From contig OZ024744.1 in the NCBI GenBank assembly GCA_964016885.1, positions 3,100,001 through 3,164,000 of the forward strand: a stretch of DNA of 64,000 nt, given 5' to 3'. Numbering within the stretch: position 1 is the first letter of the stretch; every line of letters begins with the position of its first letter. This DNA comes from Eledone cirrhosa (taxonomy: Eukaryota). Positions 54,501 to 64,000 of this stretch are shown piece after piece. The notes beneath the pieces were generated by a model, which worked only from the letters and a program-made list of their open reading frames with translations, had not been told where the DNA came from and made no database searches. The position numbers were made by a program, and so were the translations under genes.

Positions 54501-56275
54501 GACAAGGTAGAGAAAGATAGCTTGGTGAATAACGAAGTTTTGGGGGAAGACAAGGTAGAAAAAGATAGCTTGGTGAAGAACGAAGTTTTGGGGGAAGACA
54601 AGGTAGATAAAGATAGCTTGGTGAAGAACGAAGTTTTGGGGGAAGACAAGGTAGAGAAGGATAGCTTGTGAAGAACGAAGTTTTGAGGGAAGACAAGGTA
54701 GAGAAAGATAGCTTGGTGAAGAACGAGGTTTTGGGGAAGACAATGTAGAGAAAGATAGCTTGGTGAAGAACGAAGTTTTGGGGGAAGACAAGGTAGAGAA
54801 AGATAGCTTGGTGAAGAACGACGTTTTGTGGGAAGACAAGGTAGAGAAACATAGCTTGGTGAAGAACGAAGTTTTGGGGGAAGACAAGGTAGAGAAAGAT
54901 AGCTTGGTGAAGAACGAAGTTTTGAGGGAAGACAAGGTAGAGAAAGATAGCTTGGTGAAGAACGACGTTTTGAGGGAAGACAAGGTAGAGAAAGATAGCT
55001 TGGTGAAGAACGAAGTTTTGAGGGAAGACAGGATAGAGAAAGATAGCTTGGTGAATAACGAAGTTTTGGGAGAAGACAAGGTAGAGAAAGATAGCTTGGT
55101 GAAGAACGACGTTTTGAGGGAAGACAAGGTAGAGAAGGATAGCTTGTGAAGAACGAAGTTTTGAGGGAAGACAAGGTAGAGAAAGATAGCTTGGTGAAGA
55201 ACGAGGTTTTGGGGAAGACAATGTAGAGAAAGATAGCTTGGTGAAGAACGAAGTTTTGGGGGAAGACAAGGTAGAGAAAGATAGCTTGGTGAAGAACGAA
55301 GTTTTGAGGAAAGACAAGGTAGAGAAAGATAGCTTGGTGAATAACGAAGTTTTGGGAGAAGACAAGGTAGAGAAAGATAGTTGGTGAAGAACGAAGTTTT
55401 GAAGGAAGACAAGGCAGAGAAATATAGCTTGGTGAAGAACGAAGTTTTGAGGGAAGACAAGGTAGAGAAAGATAGCTTGGTGAAGAACGACGTTTTGTGG
55501 GAAGACAAGGTAGAGAAACATAGCTTGGTGAAGAACGAAGTTTTGGGGGAAGACAAGGTAGAGAAAGATAGCTTGGTGAAGAACGAAGTTTTGGGGGAAG
55601 ACAAGGTAGAGAAAGATAGCTTGGTGAAGAACGACGTTTTGTGGGAAGAAAAGGTAGAGAAAGATAGCTTGGTGAAGAACGAAGTTTTGGGGGAAGACAA
55701 GGTAGAGAAAGATAGCTTGGTGAAGAACGAAGTATTGAGGGAAGACAAGGTAGAGAAAGATAGCTTGGTGAAGAACGACGTTTTGTGGGAAGAAAAGGTA
55801 GAGAAAGATAGCTTGGTGAAGAACGAAGTTTTGGGGGAAGACAAGGTAGAGAAAGATAGCTTGGTGAAGAACGACGTTTTGAGGGAAGACAAGGTAGAGA
55901 AAGATAGCTTGGTGAAGAACGACGTTTTGTGGGAAGAAAAGGTAGAGAAAGATAGCTTGGTGAAGAACGAAGTTTTGGGGGAAGACAAGGTAGAGAAAGA
56001 TAGCTTGGTGAAGAACGAAGTATTGAGGGAAGACTAGGTAGAGAAAGATAGCTTGGTGAAGAACGACGTATTGAGGGAAGACAAGGTAGAGAAAGATAGC
56101 TTGGTGAAGAACGAAGTTTTGAGGGAAGACAAGGTAGAGAAAGATAGCTTGGTGAAGAACGACGTTTTGGGGGAAGACAAGGTAGAGAAAGATAGCTTGG
56201 TGAAGAACGAAGTTTTGAGGGAAGACAAGGTAGAGAAAGATAGCTTGGTGAAGAACGAAGTTTTGAGGGAAGACA
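49492..56275 (+). repeat. Tandem duplication of a 71-monomer (3400 bp) unit
   Basis: Constant 3400 offset (71x48-8) for 49683/53083, 51026/54426, 51360/54760, 51981/55381 and 52653/56053. Both copies carry the rare variants GTAAAGAAA and TTGCGAGAA. Confidence 0.9.
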
Positions 56276-58428
56276 GGATAGAGAAAGATAGCTTGGTGAA
56301 TAACGAAGTTTTGGGAGAAGACAAGGTAGAGAAAGATAGCTTGGTGAAGAACGACGTTTTGAGGGAAGACAAGGTAGAGAAGGATAGCTTGTGAAGAACG
56401 AAGTTTTGAGGGAAGACAAGGTAGAGAAAGATAGCTTGGTGAAGAACGAGGTTTTGGGGAAGACAATGTAGAGAAAGATAGCTTGGTGAAGAACGAAGTT
56501 TTGGGGGAAGACAAGGTAGAGAAAGATAGCTTGGTGAAGAACGAAGTTTTGAGGAAAGACAAGGTAGAGAAAGATAGCTTGGTGAATAACGAAGTTTTGG
56601 GGGAAGACAAGGTAGAGAAAGATAGCTTGGTGAAGAACGAAGTTTTGAGGGAAGACAAGGTAGAGAAAGATAGCTTGGTGAATAACGAAGTTTTGGGGGA
56701 AGACAAGGTAGAAAAAGATAGCTTGGTGAAGAACGAAGTTTTGGGGGAAGACAAGGTAGATAAAGATAGCTTGGTGAAGAACGAAGTTTTGGGGGAAGAC
56801 AAGGTAGAGAAGGATAGCTTGTGAAGAACGAAGTTTTGAGGGAAGACAAGGTAGAGAAAGATAGCTTGGTGAAGAACGAGGTTTTGGGGAAGACAATGTA
56901 GAGAAAGATAGCTTGGTGAAGAACGAAGTTTTGGGGGAAGACAAGGTAGAGAAAGATAGCTTGGTGAAGAACGACGTTTTGTGGGAAGACAAGGTAGAGA
57001 AACATAGCTTGGTGAAGAACGAAGTTTTGGGGGAAGACAAGGTAGAGAAAGATAGCTTGGTGAAGAACGAAGTTTTGAGGGAAGACAAGGTAGAGAAAGA
57101 TAGCTTGGTGAAGAACGACGTTTTGAGGGAAGACAAGGTAGAGAAAGATAGCTTGGTGAAGAACGAAGTTTTGAGGGAAGACAGGATAGAGAAAGATAGC
57201 TTGGTGAATAACGAAGTTTTGGGAGAAGACAAGGTAGAGAAAGATAGCTTGGTGAAGAACGACGTTTTGAGGGAAGACAAGGTAGAGAAGGATAGCTTGT
57301 GAAGAACGAAGTTTTGAGGGAAGACAAGGTAGAGAAAGATAGCTTGGTGAAGAACGAGGTTTTGGGGAAGACAATGTAGAGAAAGATAGCTTGGTGAAGA
57401 ACGAAGTTTTGGGGGAAGACAAGGTAGAGAAAGATAGCTTGGTGAAGAACGAAGTTTTGAGGAAAGACAAGGTAGAGAAAGATAGCTTGGTGAATAACGA
57501 AGTTTTGGGAGAAGACAAGGTAGAGAAAGATAGTTGGTGAAGAACGAAGTTTTGAAGGAAGACAAGGCAGAGAAATATAGCTTGGTGAAGAACGAAGTTT
57601 TGAGGGAAGACAAGGTAGAGAAAGATAGCTTGGTGAAGAACGACGTTTTGTGGGAAGACAAGGTAGAGAAACATAGCTTGGTGAAGAACGAAGTTTTGGG
57701 GGAAGACAAGGTAGAGAAAGATAGCTTGGTGAAGAACGAAGTTTTGGGGGAAGACAAGGTAGAGAAAGATAGCTTGGTGAAGAACGACGTTTTGTGGGAA
57801 GAAAAGGTAGAGAAAGATAGCTTGGTGAAGAACGAAGTTTTGGGGGAAGACAAGGTAGAGAAAGATAGCTTGGTGAAGAACGAAGTATTGAGGGAAGACA
57901 AGGTAGAGAAAGATAGCTTGGTGAAGAACGACGTTTTGTGGGAAGAAAAGGTAGAGAAAGATAGCTTGGTGAAGAACGAAGTTTTGGGGGAAGACAAGGT
58001 AGAGAAAGATAGCTTGGTGAAGAACGACGTTTTGAGGGAAGACAAGGTAGAGAAAGATAGCTTGGTGAAGAACGACGTTTTGTGGGAAGAAAAGGTAGAG
58101 AAAGATAGCTTGGTGAAGAACGAAGTTTTGGGGGAAGACAAGGTAGAGAAAGATAGCTTGGTGAAGAACGAAGTATTGAGGGAAGACTAGGTAGAGAAAG
58201 ATAGCTTGGTGAAGAACGACGTATTGAGGGAAGACAAGGTAGAGAAAGATAGCTTGGTGAAGAACGAAGTTTTGAGGGAAGACAAGGTAGAGAAAGATAG
58301 CTTGGTGAAGAACGACGTTTTGGGGGAAGACAAGGTAGAGAAAGATAGCTTGGTGAAGAACGAAGTTTTGAGGGAAGACAAGGTAGAGAAAGATAGCTTG
58401 GTGAAGAACGAAGTTTTGAGGGAAGACA
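54474..58428 (+). repeat. Duplication with 45-monomer (2153 bp) offset
   Basis: Constant 2153 offset (45x48-7) for 54760/56913, 55381/57534, 56034/58187 and 56053/58206. Confidence 0.85.
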
Positions 58429-58730
58429 AGGTAGAGAAAGATAGTTGGTGAAGAACGAAGTTTTGAGGGAAGACAAGGTAGAGAAAGATAGCTTGGTGAA
58501 GAACGAGGTTTTGAGGGGAAACAAGGTAGAGAAAGATAGCTTGGTGAAGAACGAAGTTTTGGGGGAAGACAAGGTAGAGAAAGATAGCTTGGTGAAGAAC
58601 GACGTTTTGGGGGAAGACAAGGTAGAGAAAGATAGCTTGGTGAAGAACGAAGTTTTGAGGGAAGACAAGGTAGAGACGATAGCTTGGTGAAGAACGAAGT
58701 TTTGAGGGAAGACAAGGTAGAGAAAGATAG

Positions 58731-61700
58731 TTGGTGAAGAACGAAGTTTTGAGGGAAGACAAGGTAGAGAAAGATAGCTTGGTGAAGAACGAGGTTTTGA
58801 GGGGAAACAAGGTAGAGAAAGATAGCTTGGTGAAGAACGAAGTTTTGGGGGAAGACAAGGTAGAGAAAGATAGCTTGGTGAAGAACGAAGCTTTGAGGGA
58901 ATACAAGGTAGAGAAAGATAGCTTGGTGAAGAACGAAGTTTTGAGGGAAGACAAGGTAGAGAAAGATAGCTTGGTGAAGAACGGAGTTTTGGGGGAAGAC
59001 AAGGTAGAGAAAGATAGCTTGGTGAAGAAGGAAGTTTTGAGGGAAGACAAGGTAGAGAAAGATAGCTTGGTGAAGAACGAAGTTTTGGGGGAAGACAATG
59101 TAGAGAAAGATAGCTTGGTGAAGAACGAAGTTTTGAGGGACGACAAAGTAGAGAAAGATAGCTTGGTGAAGAACGAAGTTTTGGGGGAAGACAAGGTAGA
59201 GAACGATAGCTTGATGAAGAAAGAAGTTTTGGGGGAAGACAAGGTAGAGAAAGATAGCTTGGTGAAGAACGAAGTTTTGAGGGAAGACAAGGTAGAGAAA
59301 GATAGCTTGGTGAAGAACGAAGTTTTGGGGGAAGACAAGGTAGAGAAAGATAGCTTGGTGAAGAACGAAGTTTTGGGGGAAGACAAGGTAGAGAAATATA
59401 GCTTGGTGAAGAACGAAGTTTTGTGGGAAGACAAGGTAGAGAAAGATAGCTTGTTGAAGAACGACGTTTTGAGGGAAGACAAGGTAGAGAACGATAGCTT
59501 GGTGAAGAACGAAGTTTTGAGGGAAGACAAGGTAGAGAGTGATAGCTTGGTGAAGAACGAACTTTTGAGGGAAGACAAGGTAGAGAAAGATAGCTTGGTG
59601 AAGAACGAAGTTTTGGGGGAAGACAAGGTAGAGAAAGATAGCTTGGTGAAGAACGAAGTTTTGGGGGAAGACAAGGTAGAGAACGATAGCTTGGTGAAGA
59701 ACGAAGTTTTGAGGGAAGACAAGGTAGAGAAAGATAGCTTGGTGACGAACGAAGTTTTGAGGGAAGTCAAGGTAGAGACAGATAGCTTGGTGAAGAACGA
59801 CATTTTGAGGGAAGACAAGGTAGAGAAAGATAGCTTGGTGAAGAACGACGTTTTGAGGGAAGACAAGGTAGAGAAAGATAGCTTGGTGAAGAACGAAGTT
59901 TTGAGGGAAGACAGGATAGAGAAAGATAGCTTGGTGAATAACGAAGTTTTGGGAGAAGACAAGGTAGAGAAAGATAGCTTGGTGAAGAACGACGTTTTGA
60001 GGGAAGACAAGGTAGAGAAAGATAGCTTGGTGAAGAACGAAGTTTTGGGGAAGACAATGTAGAGAAAGATAGCTTGGTGAAGAACGAGGTTTTGAGGGGA
60101 AACAAGGTAGAGAAAGATAGCTTGGTGAAGAACGAGGTTTTGAGGGGAAACAAGGTAGAGAAAGATAGCTTGGTGAAGAACGAAGTTTTGGGGGAAGACA
60201 AGGTAGAGAAAGATAGCTTGGTGAAGAACGAAGCTTTGAGGGAATACAAGGTAGAGAAAGATAGCTTGGTGAAGAACGAAGTTTTGAGGGAAGACAATGT
60301 AGAGAAAGATAGCTTGGAGAAGAACGAAGTTTTGGGGGAAGACAAGGTAGAGAAAGATAGCTTGGTGAAGAAGGAAGTTTTGAGGGAAGACAAGGTAGAG
60401 AAAGATAGCTTGGTGAAGAACGAAGTTTTGGGGGAAGACAATGTAGAGAAAGATAGCTTGGTGAAGAACGAAGTTTTGAGGGACGACAAAGTAGAGAAAG
60501 ATAGCTTGGTGAAGAACGAAGTTTTGGGGGAAGACAAGGTAGAGAACGATAGCTTGATGAAGAAAGAAGTTTTGGGGGAAGACAAGGTAGAGAAAGATAG
60601 CTTGGTGAAGAACGAAGTTTTGAGGGAAGACAAGGTAGAGAAAGATAGCTTGGTGAAGAACGAAGTTTTGGGGGAAGACAAGGTAGAGAAAGATAGCTTG
60701 GTGAAGAACGAAGTTTTGGGGGAAGACAAGGTAGAGAAATATAGCTTGGTGAAGAACGAAGTTTTGTGGGAAGACAAGGTAGAGAAAGATAGCTTGTTGA
60801 AGAACGACGTTTTGAGGGAAGACAAGGTAGAGAAAGATAGCTTGGTGAAGAACGAAGTTTTGGGGGAAGACAAGGTAGAGAGTGATAGCTTGGTGAAGAA
60901 CGAACTTTTGAGGGAAGACAAGGTAGAGAAAGATAGCTTGGTGAAGAACGAAGTTTTGGGGGAAGACAAGGTAGAGAGAGATAGCTTGGTGAAGAACGAA
61001 GTTTTGAGGGAAGTCAAGGTAGAGACAGATAGCTTGGTGAAGAACGACATTTTGAGGGAAGACAAGGTAGAGAAAGATAGCTTGGTGAAGAACGAAGTTT
61101 TGGGGGAAGACAAGGTAGAGAAAGATAGCTTGGTGAAGAACGAAGTTTTGAGGGAAGACAAGGTAGAGAAAGATAGCTTGGTGAATAACGAAGTTTTGGG
61201 GGAAGACAAGGTAGAAAAAGATAGCTTGGTGAAGAACGAAGTTTTGGGGGAAGACAAGGTAGAGAAAGATAGCTTGGTGAAGAACGAAGTTTTGAGGGAA
61301 GACAAGGTAGAGAAAGATAGCTTGGTGAAGAACGAAGTTTTGAGGGAAGACAAGGTAGAGAAAGATAGCTTGGTGAAGAACGACATTTTGAGGGAAGACA
61401 AGGTAGAGAAAGATAGCTTGGTGAAGAACGACGTTTTGAGGGAAGACAAGGTAGAGAAAGATAGCTTGGTGAAGAACGAAGTTTTGAGGGAAGACAGGAT
61501 AGAGAAAGATAGCTTGGTGAATAACGAAGTTTTGGTAGAAGACAAGGTAGAGAAAGATAGCTTGGTGAAGAACGACGTTTTGAGGGAAGACAAGGTAGAG
61601 AAAGATAGCTTGGTGAAGAACGAAGTTTTGGGGAAGACAATGTAGAGAAAGATAGCTTGGTGAAGAACGAGGTTTTGAGGGGAAACAAGGTAGAGAAAGA

Positions 61701-62890
61701 TAGCTTGGTGAAGAACGAGGTTTTGAGGGGAAACAAGGTAGAGAAAGATAGCTTGGTGAAGAACGAAGTTTTGGGGGAAGACAAGGTAGAGAAAGATAGC
61801 TTGGTGAAGAACGAAGCTTTGAGGGAATACAAGGTAGAGAAAGATAGCTTGGTGAAGAACGAAGTTTTGAGGGAAGACAAGGTAGAGAAAGATAGCTTGG
61901 TGAAGAACGAAGTTTTGGGGGAAGACAAGGTAGAGAAAGATAGCTTGGTGAAGAAGGAAGTTTTGAGGGAAGACAAGGTAGAGAAAGATAGCTTGGTGAA
62001 GAACGAAGTTTTGGGGGAAGACAATGTAGAGAAAGATAGCTTGGTGAAGAACGAAGTTTTGAGGGACGACAAAGTAGAGAAAGATAGCTTGGTGAAGAAC
62101 GAAGTTTTGGGGGAAGACAAGGTAGAGAACGATAGCTTGATGAAGAAAGAAGTTTTGGGGGAAGACAAGGTAGAGAAAGATAGCTTGGTGAAGAACGAAG
62201 TTTTGAGGGAAGACAAGGTAGAGAAAGATAGCTTGGTGAAGAACGAAGTTTTGGGGGAAGACAAGGTAGAGAAAGATAGCTTGGTGAAGAACGAAGTTTT
62301 GGGGGAAGACAAGGTAGAGAAATATAGCTTGGTGAAGAACGAAGTTTTGTGGGAAGACAAGGTAGAGAAAGATAGCTTGTTGAAGAACGACGTTTTGAGG
62401 GAAGACAAGGTAGAGAAAGATAGCTTGGTGAAGAACGAAGTTTTGGGGGAAGACAAGGTAGAGAGTGATAGCTTGGTGAAGAACGAACTTTTGAGGGAAG
62501 ACAAGGTAGAGAAAGATAGCTTGGTGAAGAACGAAGTTTTGGGGGAAGACAAGGTAGAGAAAGATAGCTTGGTGAAGAACGAAGTTTTGAGGGAAGTCAA
62601 GGTAGAGACAGATGCTTGGTGAAGAACGACATTTTGAGGGAAGACAAGGTAGAGAAAGATAGCTTGGTGAAGAACGACGTTTTGAGGGAAGACAAGGTAG
62701 AGAAAGATAGCTTGGTGAAGAACGAAGTTTTGAGGGAAGACAGGATAGAGAAAGATAGCTTGGTGAATAACGAAGTTTTGGGAGAAGACAAGGTAGAGAA
62801 AGATAGCTTGGTGAAGAACGACGTTTTGAGGGAAGACAAGGTAGAGAAAGATAGCTTGGTGAAGAACGAAGTTTTGGGGAAGACAATGTA
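58731..62890 (+). repeat. Three related 26-33-monomer blocks carrying GGAAAC, GAAGCT and GAACTTTTGAGG markers
   Basis: Blocks start at 58731, 60074 and 61657, with offsets 1343 (28x48-1) and 1583 (33x48-1). The blocks at 60074 and 61657 both open with a doubled GAGGTTTTGAGGGGAAAC monomer. Confidence 0.8.
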
Positions 62891-64000
62891 GAGAAAGATA
62901 GCTTGGTGAAGAACGAAGTTTTGGGGGAAGACAAGGTAGAGAAAGATAGCTTGGTGAAGAACGAAGTTTTGAGGGAAGACAAGGTAGAGAAAGATAGCTT
63001 GGTGAATAACGAAGTTTTGGGGGAAGACAAGGTAGAAAAAGATAGCTTGGTGAAGAACGAAGTTTTGGGGGAAGACATGGTAGAGAAAGATAGCTTGGTG
63101 AAGAACGAAGTTTTGAGGGAAGACAAGGTAGAGAAAGATAGCTTGGTGAAGAACGACGTTTTGTGGGAAGACAAGGTAGAGAAACATAGCTTGGTGAAGA
63201 ACGAAGTTTTGGGGGAAGACAAGGTAGAGAAAGATAGCTTGGTGAAGAACGAAGTTTTGAGGGAAGACAAGGTAGAGAAAGATAGCTTGGTGAAGAACGA
63301 CGTTTTGAGGGAAGACAAGGTAGAGAAAGATAGCTTGGTGAAGAACGAAGTTTTGAGGGAAGACAGGATAGAGAAAGATAGCTTGGTGAATAACGAAGTT
63401 TTGGGAGAAGACAAGGTAGAGAAAGATAGCTTGGTGAAGAACGACGTTTTGAGGGAAGACAAGGTAGAGAAGGATAGCTTGTGAAGAACGAAGTTTTGAG
63501 GGAAGACAAGGTAGAGAAAGATAGCTTGGTGAAGAACGAGGTTTTGGGGAAGACAATGTAGAGAAAGATAGCTTGGTGAAGAACGAAGTTTTGGGGGAAG
63601 ACAAGGTAGAGAAAGATAGCTTGGTGAAGAACGAAGTTTTGAGGAAAGACAAGGTAGAGAAAGATAGCTTGGTGAATAACGAAGTTTTGGGAGAAGACAA
63701 GGTAGAGAAAGATAGTTGGTGAAGAACGAAGTTTTGAAGGAAGACAAGGCAGAGAAATATAGCTTGGTGAAGAACGAAGTTTTGAGGGAAGACAAGGTAG
63801 AGAAAGATAGCTTGGTGAAGAACGACGTTTTGTGTGAAGACAAGGTAGAGAAACATAGCTTGGTGAAGAACGAAGTTTTGGGGGAAGACAAGGTAGAGAA
63901 AGATAGCTTGGTGAAGAACGAAGTTTTGGGGGAAGACAAGGTAGAGAAAGATAGCTTGGTGAAGAACGACGTTTTGTGGGAAGAAAAGGTAGAGAAAGAT

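Larger units (their letters stand above)
1..64000 (+). repeat. 48-bp tandem satellite array (~1,335 monomers, head-to-tail, single orientation, both ends open)
   Basis: Monomer TTGGTGAAGAACGAAGTTTTG[G/A/T]GGGAAGACAAGGTAGAGAAAGATAGC recurs every 48 bp (47 bp in deletion variants), with the first full unit at 48. Most units differ from consensus by about 0-4 substitutions. Composition of the G-variant is A18 G18 T9 C3 (75% purine, ~44% GC). No non-repeat interruption was seen on reading. Copy number is estimated from length. Confidence 0.99.

Noticed and set aside
2257-58190. Alternative genetic code (TAG=Gln) or programmed frameshifting rescuing one long plus-strand protein
   Set aside because: The in-frame stops are TAG, but about 100 1-bp deletions shift into a frame with TGG TGA in every monomer. 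Rescue would need about 100 recoding events, with no supporting signals.
334-63484. Dozens of plus-strand ORFs (65-530 aa) of (LVKNEVLGEDKVEKDS)n as real genes
   Set aside because: They start at arbitrary TTG/GTG codons inside the monomer and have no unique N- or C-terminus, RBS, promoter or intergenic DNA. They end at recurrent frameshifts or AAG>TAG changes, and variants include many radical replacements (G/R/W, D>Y).
1-64000. CRISPR array or repeat-spacer system
   Set aside because: There are no unique spacers; the entire 48 bp is repeated. No cas genes or leader are present.
1-64000. Immunoglobulin switch-region-like array (S-gamma has ~49-bp G-rich units with AGCT)
   Set aside because: The resemblance is limited to unit length, skew and one AGCT. 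The monomer is A-rich, lacks GAGCT/GGGGT pentamers, and the array is far longer than switch regions (up to ~12 kb), with no Ig exons in view.
1-64000. Variant order as an information-storing code or antigenic-variation cassette library
   Set aside because: The variant order is explained by nested duplication and recombination of blocks. No recombinase, reverse transcriptase, expression site or cassette boundary is present in the window.
1-64000. Whole array as a sequencing or synthetic artefact
   Set aside because: Hierarchically shared and private variants with positional zoning are what natural satellite evolution produces. Only the exact copy number of near-identical blocks remains uncertain.

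Overview
The whole 64 kb window is one uninterrupted head-to-tail tandem array of a 48-bp monomer, consensus TTGGTGAAGAACGAAGTTTTG[G/A/T]GGGAAGACAAGGTAGAGAAAGATAGC, with roughly 1,335 copies in one orientation running off both ends. I saw no unique sequence, transposon, RNA gene or credible protein-coding gene. It is best described as satellite DNA, most likely eukaryotic; the organism cannot be determined. Every ORF in the track is a by-product of the monomer: one plus frame reads LVKNEVL[G/R/W]EDKVEKDS, and all three minus frames lack stops in the consensus. The informative structure lies in the variants. Diagnostic SNPs and recurrent 1-bp deletions (47-bp monomers) define nested higher-order repeats (about 42-103 monomers) and near-perfect kb-scale duplications (2299, 4217, 4792, 3400, 2153 and 1583 bp). 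Variants are zoned along the array, with shared, probably ancestral states flanking a younger central expansion. The monomer has a codon-like base pattern, which hints that it came from a coding repeat. I found no evidence for a new gene system; the candidate novelty is an HOR-structured, possibly coding-derived and possibly centromeric satellite.
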